64,000 nt of DNA. It comes from Eubacteriales bacterium (lineage in GTDB: Bacteria > Bacillota > Clostridia > Oscillospirales > CAG-272). The stretch is from positions 10,382-74,381 of the forward strand of contig JAZNBB010000022.1 of NCBI GenBank assembly GCA_045586845.1, written 5' to 3'. Position 1 is the first letter of the stretch. Every line of letters starts with the position of its first letter. The position numbers and the translations under genes are program-made. The notes under the pieces are model-generated. The model ran no database searches. It saw nothing but the letters and a program-made list of their open reading frames with translations, and was not told the origin of the DNA. Below, one piece after another: positions 45,199 to 53,696 of the stretch.

Positions 45199-46334
45199 AA
45201 AAAAGGTTGTGGGGTACACTTTTTGTGCTGGCGGCAGCCGCTTTTCTGTGTACACACGCGTCAGCAGAGCAAAGCAGTGCTGATTACAGCGCGTTGCCCG
45301 AGCAATACGTGGCACTGGAGGACTGCATTCCCGAAAGACTTGCCGCCATATTGCCCGAAGGTTTATTTTCCTCAGATGTGACAGAGGTACGCGTAGCTCT
45401 TGGACAGCTGACCTCATTTTCGGGGCTTTTGGGGCTGCTGTTACAGCTTTACGGGCTGCACCTTGGCGAGAGCGGTACATTGCTTGCTTCGATCTGCGGC
45501 TTAATTTTGCTGTGCGGTATGATGCGCTCGATCGGCCGTGCGCAAAGTTTGCCTTGGGCAAGCCTTGCACCGCGGCTTTGCTTATTTGGTGCGGTGGCAG
45601 GGGCGGGATACGCCGCTGTGAATACCATGGTGGAGTATTTCGGTACGCTACGCACGCTGATGGGGGGACTTATGCCCTTGATGAGTGCCATGTATGTCAT
45701 GGGTGGCAATATAACGCGTGCCACGGTGGGCAATGCCACATTGTCTGTGGGTCTGAACGTGTGCGGCAGCGTATGTGCTAAAGTCGCACCACCATTGTTT
45801 GGCTCTTGCATGGCAATGACATTGCCCTCGATGCTCGAATCGGGCGTAGATCTTTCCAAACTTTCAGCGTTTATCAAAAAGACTTACACTGTGATACTTG
45901 GCTTACTGACGTTGTTGCTGACACTTTGCCTTTCTGCGCAAAATCTGCTCGCCTCAAGAGCAGATAGTCTTGCGATGCGCAGCGGACGCTATGCCATCGG
46001 GCAAATGATCCCGGTGGTGGGGGGGGCGCTTTCAGGATCGCTTGATACACTTGCCGCAAGCGTTGGTATGCTGCGAGGACTTGCGGGTGGGTGTGGCGTG
46101 ATATTATTGTTTCTGACTTGCCTGCCGGTACTCTTGCAAATGCTTGCACTGCGAACGCTGTTGGATCTTGGCTCGGGACTTGCGCACCTGCTTGGCTGTG
46201 CGCCCGAGAGTGCGGTGCTTTCGGAGGCGAGTAGTCTGTTTGGCTACATGGCGGCGGCAGTTGCCATGTGCACGGCGGTATTTATCATTGCCATGGGGGC
46301 GTTTGCAGCGTGCGCAGCAGCTTGGGTGACGTGA
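45195..46334 (+). CDS. spoIIIAE: Stage III sporulation protein AE
   Basis: 379 aa with a signal peptide and multiple TM helices. GTG start 8 nt after aaggag, GTGA overlap with AD. Confidence 0.8.
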   Translation: MKKRLWGTLFVLAAAAFLCTHASAEQSSADYSALPEQYVALEDCIPERLAAILPEGLFSSDVTEVRVALGQLTSFSGLLGLLLQLYGLHLGESGTLLASICGLILLCGMMRSIGRAQSLPWASLAPRLCLFGAVAGAGYAAVNTMVEYFGTLRTLMGGLMPLMSAMYVMGGNITRATVGNATLSVGLNVCGSVCAKVAPPLFGSCMAMTLPSMLESGVDLSKLSAFIKKTYTVILGLLTLLLTLCLSAQNLLASRADSLAMRSGRYAIGQMIPVVGGALSGSLDTLAASVGMLRGLAGGCGVILLFLTCLPVLLQMLALRTLLDLGSGLAHLLGCAPESAVLSEASSLFGYMAAAVAMCTAVFIIAMGAFAACAAAWVT

Positions 46335-46335
46335 G

Positions 46336-46788
46336 ATGAGTACGTATTTGTATAGTCTTACGGTGGCTGCCGTGCTGATCGCACTTGTCTGTACTCTCGT
46401 GCCCGAAACAACCGTACAGCATGCCAGGCTCTTGTGCAGCCTTTGCCTTGTTACTTTACTGATCGTGCCCGCAATGAGTTTGATAAACGCTGTGGGGCAG
46501 GGCACCTGGGAGATTCCGCAGGCGTGGCAGGACGTAGAATCGGAGGAAGAGGACTACGGGCAGTTTTCGGAGGCTGTGGTGATCGGACAGCTGCAGGTGC
46601 TTTTGGAGAAAGAGCAAAACTTGCCGCCGGCAGAGTGCCGTATTTTGGTGGAATGGGGCAGTGATGGAGGCGTTCGACGCATAACTTTGTTGCTTTCGGG
46701 CAAGGCGATCTGGCGTGATCCGGATCCGATCGAGGCATACGTGGAAGGGCTTTTGGATTGTCAATGCAAGGTAGTGCTGGATGGATAG
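46336..46788 (+). CDS. spoIIIAF: Stage III sporulation protein AF
   Basis: 150 aa with two N-terminal TM helices and a soluble domain. Operon position. Confidence 0.7.
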   Translation: MSTYLYSLTVAAVLIALVCTLVPETTVQHARLLCSLCLVTLLIVPAMSLINAVGQGTWEIPQAWQDVESEEEDYGQFSEAVVIGQLQVLLEKEQNLPPAECRILVEWGSDGGVRRITLLLSGKAIWRDPDPIEAYVEGLLDCQCKVVLDG

Positions 46789-46797
46789 GAGGAATGT

Positions 46798-47349
46798 ATG
46801 TATTCGGACGGCGTTTCGGAAATAAAAGGAACGGTAGGTCAGATGAAAAAAAGCGGCAAGCTGTGGATCGTGGTGTTAGGCGCTGTGATCGGCTTGGGGC
46901 TTTTGGTGCTGGGCAGCTTTGACCTGCGCTTCGGCAAAGGTGAGCATAAGAACACTGACACGGTCACGAATGAGCAAAACGAACTGCAGGCATACAGACA
47001 GGAGATGAGCCAGGAAATCGCTGCGCTTTGCTCATGCGTGCGCGGTGTTGGCAAGGTACAGGTAATGGTTACGCTTTCGGGTGGATATGAGTACGTATAT
47101 GCCCGCGACCTGCAAAGCAAAACGGGTGGTGATAGCTACACGTGGGAAGAGAGTTATGTGATCGTGGGCTCGGGAACCTCGCAAAGTCCGCTGTTGCTCA
47201 TGAAAAAGCAGCCGAGCGTCGCGGGCGTGGGGATCGTGTGCGAAGGCGGGGCAGACCCTGCCGTACAAAACGAGTTGACAGCGTTGGTCAGTGCTGCCTT
47301 TGGCATCGGGACAAATAAAATTCACGTCAGCGCATCACAAAACGGATAA
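46798..47349 (+). CDS. spoIIIAG: Stage III sporulation protein AG
   Basis: 183 aa with a TM helix, a VGKVQVMVTLSGG ring-building-like motif and a C-terminal FGIGTNKIHV. RBS aggagg. Confidence 0.8.
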   Translation: MYSDGVSEIKGTVGQMKKSGKLWIVVLGAVIGLGLLVLGSFDLRFGKGEHKNTDTVTNEQNELQAYRQEMSQEIAALCSCVRGVGKVQVMVTLSGGYEYVYARDLQSKTGGDSYTWEESYVIVGSGTSQSPLLLMKKQPSVAGVGIVCEGGADPAVQNELTALVSAAFGIGTNKIHVSASQNG

Positions 47350-47414
47350 AGCCGGCATATTATCGCGGAAGGATTAATAGAATATAGCGTAAAACAAAAA
47401 CGGAGGGCTTACAT

Positions 47415-48014
47415 ATGAACTTCAAAAAGGTAATCAATACCATAGGCGATTTCTTTAAAAAAATGGGCAAGCGCAATCTGATCATTGCCGGCGCGGTCAT
47501 CATGATCGGTCTGGCGGTATACGTTAACTGGATCATTTTTGCGGGAGACAACAAGGACGACTCGTTTAACTATGATCAAAGTGCAGGCATGAACACTAAC
47601 TACGGCACCACGCTCGGCACGGGTTCGAGCACGGGGAACACGGGCAGCACCGCCACCGATTCCGCGTCCTACTTCAGCAGCGTGCAGGTCTCCAGGCAAA
47701 AGGCACGCGACGAGGCACTTGAGGTGCTCAATTCTGTCGTAGACAACGACAACGCTACCGACCAGGTCAAGGCAGAGGCAGTTGCCGAGATCAGACAGAT
47801 CGCCGCCGAGATGGAAAACGAGGCAAAGATCGAGTCGCTGATCAAGACCAAGGGGTATGCGCAGTGCGTGGCTGTTATCAGCGGTGAGAACGTCAGCATC
47901 GTGGTGCAGCACGAGGGTGAACTCAGCGCAGCGGCACTTGCGCAGATCAATGCCATCGTCTACGAACAGACCGGTATTGCACCTGCAGGTATCAGTATTA
48001 TTGCAAAAAGTTAA
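47415..48014 (+). CDS. spoIIIAH: Stage III sporulation protein AH
   Basis: 199 aa with an N-terminal TM helix, then SVQVSRQKARDEALEVL and a YscJ/FliF-like C-terminal segment. Confidence 0.8.
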   Translation: MNFKKVINTIGDFFKKMGKRNLIIAGAVIMIGLAVYVNWIIFAGDNKDDSFNYDQSAGMNTNYGTTLGTGSSTGNTGSTATDSASYFSSVQVSRQKARDEALEVLNSVVDNDNATDQVKAEAVAEIRQIAAEMENEAKIESLIKTKGYAQCVAVISGENVSIVVQHEGELSAAALAQINAIVYEQTGIAPAGISIIAKS

Positions 48015-48030
48015 TATAGGGGCAAACAAG

Positions 48031-48063
48031 CCGCCCGATGAGGTGTCATCGGGCGGTATTTTT
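48031..48063 (+). terminator. Rho-independent terminator after the spoIIIA operon
   Basis: 11-bp stem CCGCCCGATGA with TCATCGGGCGG, loop GGTG, followed by TATTTTT. Confidence 0.8.
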
Positions 48064-48105
48064 GCATACAATGGCAATAAAATTACAGAATTGAGAGGTC
48101 CTTGT

Positions 48106-49182
48106 ATGCAAGAAAACAGCAAACAGATCTATTTTGCATCTGCCAACTCAGCGCACGGCTTTGTCAGCTATTTCGAGCAGTGCTTCACCCATGAACGCAT
48201 CTCGCGTCTGTATATGATCAAGGGCGGACCGGGCACGGGCAAGAGCCGCTTTATCGGTGATGTAGCGCACAGGGCGATCGAGCAGGGCTGGCGCGCCGAG
48301 TTTTATGCTTGCTCCTCCGATCCGGGGTCGCTTGATGGCGTCATACTGACCCATCCGCGCCTTGGCTGTATCGCACTTGCCGATGCCACACCGCCTCATG
48401 TCATGGAGCCTACGCTGCCCGGTGTGCGTGACGTGATCGTCAATCTCGGTGACTTTTGGGACCGCGAAAAGCTTGCCAAAAACGCAAGCCGTATCCGCAC
48501 ATTGGGCAAATATAAGCAAGCCTGTTTTGATCGCAGCTACCAATACTTGCAAGCGGCGGGGAAGCTGCTTGGGGTACGTGATGAGGTGATTACACCATGC
48601 GTGGATGAAGATCGGTTAATGCGGCTTGCTGTCAAGCTCTCTCGCCTGTATTCCAAGGGGCGCGATTTCGAAGAACGGATCGGGCTTTCGGATAGCATTG
48701 GTATGCGGGGGAGGGTGCATTTTGATACCTACGAAAGAGAAGCGGATCGGGTAGTGGTGTTGTTACCCTTTTACGGTGTGGAGTATACGCTTATGGACGC
48801 ACTTTACCGAATGATACGCGAGCGCGCTTGCGTTGTGCATCGCGCACCGCACGTGCTTTTTTCGGATAAGACCGCTGCGCTGTATTTCCCCGATAACCGC
48901 CTGTGTATCACAGCAACTCAGGTACAAACCACTGCGGGTCAGGATGTACAACGGATCGATCTGCGTAGAATTTGCAATGCAGATTTGCTGCGCGGTGTAA
49001 GGGGGGAGGCACGGCTTGCGCAAAAGCTTGCAGACAGTGCAATCGATGCTGCTGCCGAAAGCTTTGCGCGCGCAGGCGAGTATCATTTCGAGTTGGAAAG
49101 CCTTTACACGGATGCGATGGATTTTGAAGCCAAGGAGCATTTTACTGCGACCTTTAGCAATACAATTTTACAAAATCCTTGA
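48106..49182 (+). CDS. Uncharacterised P-loop NTPase
   Basis: Walker A KGGPGTGKS near the N-terminus. The ATG at 48106 lies downstream of the spoIIIA terminator. The track start at 47857 would overlap spoIIIAH. Confidence 0.7.
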   Translation: MQENSKQIYFASANSAHGFVSYFEQCFTHERISRLYMIKGGPGTGKSRFIGDVAHRAIEQGWRAEFYACSSDPGSLDGVILTHPRLGCIALADATPPHVMEPTLPGVRDVIVNLGDFWDREKLAKNASRIRTLGKYKQACFDRSYQYLQAAGKLLGVRDEVITPCVDEDRLMRLAVKLSRLYSKGRDFEERIGLSDSIGMRGRVHFDTYEREADRVVVLLPFYGVEYTLMDALYRMIRERACVVHRAPHVLFSDKTAALYFPDNRLCITATQVQTTAGQDVQRIDLRRICNADLLRGVRGEARLAQKLADSAIDAAAESFARAGEYHFELESLYTDAMDFEAKEHFTATFSNTILQNP

Positions 49183-49208
49183 CAAGTCGATCGAAAATGT
49201 AGTATAAT
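49179..49208 (+). promoter_or_regulatory. sigma-A promoter of miaB
   Basis: TTGACA (49179-49184), 18-nt spacer, TATAAT (49203-49208). Confidence 0.55.
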
Positions 49209-49250
49209 AATAAATTGAGATACTATAATATTTGAGGATAAAGACAAAAA

Positions 49251-50651
49251 ATGGACCAACAAAACTATCAGGACGCACAAGTATATATAGAAAAGCTGCG
49301 CGGGTATACAGCCGAGCTTACGGTAGCGAAGGGGACTGCTCCCAAGTGCTTTGTATTGACCTTTGGTTGTCAGCAAAACGAGGCGGACAGCGAAAAGCTT
49401 GCGGGCATGGCGCAGGATATGGGATACGTTCTTTGCGACGATCCTGCAGACGCCGATCTGATCGCGGTCAACACCTGTGCCATTCGTGAGCATGCCGAGC
49501 AAAAGGCTCTCTCGATCGTAGGGCAATATAAGCACTTAAAGGTGCAAAAGCCCTCGCTGATCATTGCCGTTTGCGGCTGTATGGTGGCGCAACAGCACCG
49601 CCGCGAGGATATCAAGCACAAGTATCCTTATGTGGACATCACGTTTGGCACAACGTCCTTACACCGTTTTCCCGAGCTGCTCTGGCAAAAGATATCGCGC
49701 TCACGCCGCATCTTCTGCCCGGAGGAGAGTGAATACGTGGTTGCAGAGGGCTTGCCCATCAAACGTACCAGTGACTACCGCGCCTGGGTGTCCATCATGT
49801 ACGGTTGCAATAATTTCTGCTCCTACTGTATCGTGCCTTACGTGCGCGGCAGGGAGCGCAGTCGAGATAAAGAAGAGGTGGTCGCCGAGGTTAAGGACCT
49901 TGTGGCACGCGGTTATAAGGACATTACACTGCTTGGGCAGAATGTTAATTCCTACGCCAAGGGCTTGGATTACGATTTCGCCGATCTGCTTGCCGAGCTT
50001 GACCGGATTGAGGGCGAATACGTGCTGCGCTTTATGACCAGCCATCCCAAGGACGCAAGCTATAAGCTGATCGACGTTATGGCAAACTCCAAGCATATCG
50101 CGCATCAGTTCCACCTGCCCCTGCAATCGGGCAGCGATACCGTACTCAAAGCCATGAACCGCCACTATGATAAGGCACGATACCTTGACATCGTGCGCTA
50201 CATTCGGGAAAAGATGCCCGATGCGGCAATTTCATCGGATATCATCGTGGGATTTCCCGGTGAGACCGACGCTGACTTTGAGGATACGTTGGATATTCTG
50301 AAAACTGTACGCTTTGATATGTTGTTCTCGTTTATCTATTCGCCGAGAAAGGGAACGCCGGCAGCAGAAAAGGAGCAGATCGATCCGAAAATCAAGGGTG
50401 AGCGCTTTGACAAATTGCTCGCACTCCAGCACGATATAGCGCTGGAGAAAAACCAGCCCATGGTGGGCAAGGTGGTGCGCGTGCTTTGCGACGGACCCAG
50501 CAAAAACAATCCCGAGATATACAGCGGACGTGAGGAAGGCAACAAGATCGTGTTCTTCCACGCGTGCCCCGAGCAAACCGGAAACTTCGTAAATGTGCGC
50601 ATTGATCGCGCAGACGCCTTTGCACTTTGGGGCGAAATGATTGAAAAATAA
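49251..50651 (+). CDS. miaB: tRNA-2-methylthio-N6-dimethylallyladenosine synthase
   Basis: N-terminal UPF0004 cysteines (GCQQNEADSE), radical SAM CNNFCSYC and a C-terminal TRAM domain. Confidence 0.9.
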   Translation: MDQQNYQDAQVYIEKLRGYTAELTVAKGTAPKCFVLTFGCQQNEADSEKLAGMAQDMGYVLCDDPADADLIAVNTCAIREHAEQKALSIVGQYKHLKVQKPSLIIAVCGCMVAQQHRREDIKHKYPYVDITFGTTSLHRFPELLWQKISRSRRIFCPEESEYVVAEGLPIKRTSDYRAWVSIMYGCNNFCSYCIVPYVRGRERSRDKEEVVAEVKDLVARGYKDITLLGQNVNSYAKGLDYDFADLLAELDRIEGEYVLRFMTSHPKDASYKLIDVMANSKHIAHQFHLPLQSGSDTVLKAMNRHYDKARYLDIVRYIREKMPDAAISSDIIVGFPGETDADFEDTLDILKTVRFDMLFSFIYSPRKGTPAAEKEQIDPKIKGERFDKLLALQHDIALEKNQPMVGKVVRVLCDGPSKNNPEIYSGREEGNKIVFFHACPEQTGNFVNVRIDRADAFALWGEMIEK

Positions 50652-50669
50652 AAAAAGAGGAGAAATACA

Positions 50670-51062
50670 ATGGAGATTTTTGAACTGGCAGCACAGCTCG
50701 GTAAGGAGCTGAAAAAGGATGAAAGACTGGTACGCATGGCAAATGCCAAGCAAGCATATGAGAATGACAGCGAGTTGCGCACCCTGATGCGTGAATATCA
50801 GGTACAGCAGATCGCACTGGAAAAGACGGCAGGACAGAAGGACGTTGAGGCAAGATTTTTGGAGATGATCCAGGATCGCATCAACCAGCTGTACGATCAG
50901 ATCGTGGCACACCCCGTTTACGTGGAGCTGGAGGAGGCACAGAATGAGGTCAATGCGCTCATGAACGCGGTCAACAACACCATTACCTTTGAGATCACGG
51001 GCGAAATGCCCTCTTCCTGCACCCATGACTGTTCTACCTGCGGCGGAGGCTGCTCTCATTAA
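50670..51062 (+). CDS. YmcA/YlbF (UPF0342) family protein with a Cys-rich C-terminal tail
   Basis: Helical YmcA/YlbF-like sequence. Position between miaB and mutS matches B. subtilis ymcA. Tail CTHDCSTCGGGC (Cx3Cx2Cx3C). Confidence 0.7.
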   Translation: MEIFELAAQLGKELKKDERLVRMANAKQAYENDSELRTLMREYQVQQIALEKTAGQKDVEARFLEMIQDRINQLYDQIVAHPVYVELEEAQNEVNALMNAVNNTITFEITGEMPSSCTHDCSTCGGGCSH

Positions 51063-51088
51063 TCTTAGAAAAAGCGAGGATTATGACC

Positions 51089-53674
51089 ATGACTCCCATG
51101 ATGGAGCAATATTTCGAGGTCAAAAATAAATACAGGGATCATCTGCTGTTTTATCGCCTGGGCGACTTTTACGAGATGTTTTTTGACGATGCCATTACTG
51201 CCTCGCGCGAGCTGGAGCTGACGCTGACCGGCAGAGATTGCGGTGAAGCCGAGCGCGCCCCTATGTGCGGCGTACCCTTCCATTCGGCGGAGGGCTACAT
51301 AGGCAGACTGATATCCAAGGGCTACAAGGTTGCCATTTGTGAGCAGGTGGAAGACCCGGCGCAAGCCAAGGGTTTGGTCAAGCGCGACGTGGTGCGTGTG
51401 GTCACACCGGGTACGGTCATTGAAAGTGCTTTGCTCTCGGAGCAAAAGAACAACTATCTTTGTGCCATCTACGTGGGTGAATACGCCATTGGCGTATGCT
51501 TTGCCGACGTTTCCACGGCGCAGATCTGCGCGACCTTGTTTGATGGCGAGGGGGCACAGACCAGAGTCTGCAACGAGCTTGCCACCTACGCCCCCCGTGA
51601 GGTGATCGTGAATCTGTCACGTAAGTCGATCCCCGAGATAGCCGCGTTTGTTTCAGACAGACTTGGTGCAATGCTCGGAGACAATCAGCCGGGCAGATTT
51701 GAGTATGCAGACGCACTGGATCGCGTAAAAGCACGCTTTGGTGATCGCGTCAAGACGCAGAATGCCTCGGACAAGCCCATGATATGCGCGGTTGGCGCGC
51801 TGATCGACTACATTTATGAAACGCAAAAGACCGAGTCGCCTTACCTCAAGGATCTGCAGGTGTACTCGGACGGTCAGTATCTGGAAATGGACGCCAACAC
51901 GCGCCGCAACTTAGAGCTTTGCGAGACTATGCGCGCTAAAGAGAAAAAGGGCTCCTTGCTCTGGGTATTGGATAAGACCAAGACATCACCGGGTGCACGC
52001 TTGTTGCGCAGTTGGGTGGAGCATCCGCTTCTCTCGGTGGGCGCGATTCACCGCAGACAAAGTGCAGTTGAGGAGCTGTACGATAACTTTATGCTACGCG
52101 AGGAGCTTTCCGAGCTGCTTTCCGACGTGTTGGATTTAGAGCGTTTGATGACCCGCATCGTGTACGGTACGGCAAACGCGAAGGATCTGCGTGCGGTTGC
52201 CAACACCGCTTCGGTGCTGCCGGAGGTCAAAAAGCTTTTGCAGACCTGTCGCAGCGAGGAGCTTTCGAGCATTTACGCGGAGCTTGATCTGCTAGAGGAT
52301 GTTTGCAAAAGGATAAACGAGGGCATTTGTGAGGAGCCGCCCTTTTCGGTACGTGACGGCGGCATGATTGCGCCCGGTTACAACGCAGAGGTGGACGAGT
52401 TGCGCGCTATCATGCACGACGGCAAATCCTGGGTTGAACAGATGGCAATGACCGAGCGTGAGCGTACCGGCATCAAAACGCTCAAAATGGGCTATAACAA
52501 GGTGTTTGGATACTATATTGAGGTCAGCCGTTCCTTTACCGACCAAGTTCCTGCGCATTATATTCGCAAGCAGACCTTGGTGAACGGTGAGCGTTACATT
52601 ACCGAAGAGCTTAAGCAAATGGAAGCCAAGATCTTAGGTGCGGGCGACCGCGTTTGCACCCTGGAATATGAGCTGTTTCAGGAAATTCGCGCATATGTTG
52701 CACAGAATAGCACACGTGTGCAAAGTACGGCGGCGTTGCTTGCCAAGATTGACGCATATCTATCTCTTGGCACGGTTGCCGCACGCAACAAGTACGTGCG
52801 TCCGGAGGTGGATACGAGTGATGTGATTTCCATCAAGGACGGCAGACACCCTGTGGTCGAGCAGTTTGTCAAGGATACCTATTTTGTGCCCAATGATGCA
52901 AGCCTTGATACGGGCGCGAACCGCCTGATGCTGATTACGGGGCCCAACATGGCAGGTAAATCCACCTATATGCGACAGGTCGCGCTGATCACGCTCATGG
53001 CGCAGATCGGCAGCTTTGTGCCTGCAAATGAGGCACGCATCGGCATTGTGGACAAGATCTTTACCCGTGTAGGCGCGTCGGATGATCTGGCATCGGGACA
53101 GTCCACCTTTATGTTAGAGATGACCGAGGTGGCGTATATTCTGCAAAATGCTACGCAAAAGAGCTTGATTATTTATGATGAGGTAGGCAGAGGCACATCC
53201 ACCTTTGACGGCATGAGCATTGCGCGCGCCATCGTGGAGTATACGCACAGCCGCCGCATCGGTGCCAAGACCCTGTTTGCTACGCACTATCACGAGCTGA
53301 CCGGCATGGAGCAGGAATTTGAAGGCATTGTTAACTACAACATTGCCGCCAAAAAGCGCGGTGACAGTATCACTTTCCTGCGTAAGATCGTGCGTGGCTC
53401 GACCGATGACAGCTACGGTATTGAGGTAGCAAAGTTGGCGGGATTGCCGAATGATGTGATCAAGCGTGCCAAGCAGGTGCTGCTTTCTGTCGAGCAGACC
53501 GCCAAGGCACTCTCTGCAGCAGAGCCTGCTCCGAAAGCAGAGAGCGATATGATCACCATTGAGGATCAGATCAACGAGCAGGTGATCGAGCAACTCAAAA
53601 ACGTGGATATCAATACGCTTTCACCTTACGAGTGTATGACCTTCCTGTTTGATATCAAAAAAAGATTGATGTAA
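51089..53674 (+). CDS. mutS: DNA mismatch repair protein MutS
   Basis: TPMMEQYFEVK N-terminus and Walker A GPNMAGKSTYMRQ. The ATG at 51089 has better RBS spacing than the ATG at 51083. Confidence 0.95.
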   Translation: MTPMMEQYFEVKNKYRDHLLFYRLGDFYEMFFDDAITASRELELTLTGRDCGEAERAPMCGVPFHSAEGYIGRLISKGYKVAICEQVEDPAQAKGLVKRDVVRVVTPGTVIESALLSEQKNNYLCAIYVGEYAIGVCFADVSTAQICATLFDGEGAQTRVCNELATYAPREVIVNLSRKSIPEIAAFVSDRLGAMLGDNQPGRFEYADALDRVKARFGDRVKTQNASDKPMICAVGALIDYIYETQKTESPYLKDLQVYSDGQYLEMDANTRRNLELCETMRAKEKKGSLLWVLDKTKTSPGARLLRSWVEHPLLSVGAIHRRQSAVEELYDNFMLREELSELLSDVLDLERLMTRIVYGTANAKDLRAVANTASVLPEVKKLLQTCRSEELSSIYAELDLLEDVCKRINEGICEEPPFSVRDGGMIAPGYNAEVDELRAIMHDGKSWVEQMAMTERERTGIKTLKMGYNKVFGYYIEVSRSFTDQVPAHYIRKQTLVNGERYITEELKQMEAKILGAGDRVCTLEYELFQEIRAYVAQNSTRVQSTAALLAKIDAYLSLGTVAARNKYVRPEVDTSDVISIKDGRHPVVEQFVKDTYFVPNDASLDTGANRLMLITGPNMAGKSTYMRQVALITLMAQIGSFVPANEARIGIVDKIFTRVGASDDLASGQSTFMLEMTEVAYILQNATQKSLIIYDEVGRGTSTFDGMSIARAIVEYTHSRRIGAKTLFATHYHELTGMEQEFEGIVNYNIAAKKRGDSITFLRKIVRGSTDDSYGIEVAKLAGLPNDVIKRAKQVLLSVEQTAKALSAAEPAPKAESDMITIEDQINEQVIEQLKNVDINTLSPYECMTFLFDIKKRLM

Positions 53675-53696
53675 TAAAATTGTATTTGGAGAAACT

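Noticed and set aside
47857-48105. N-terminal 83-aa extension of the P-loop NTPase ORF overlapping spoIIIAH.
   Set aside because: It overlaps the 3' end of spoIIIAH in another frame and spans the operon terminator. The ATG at 48106 lies just downstream of the terminator.
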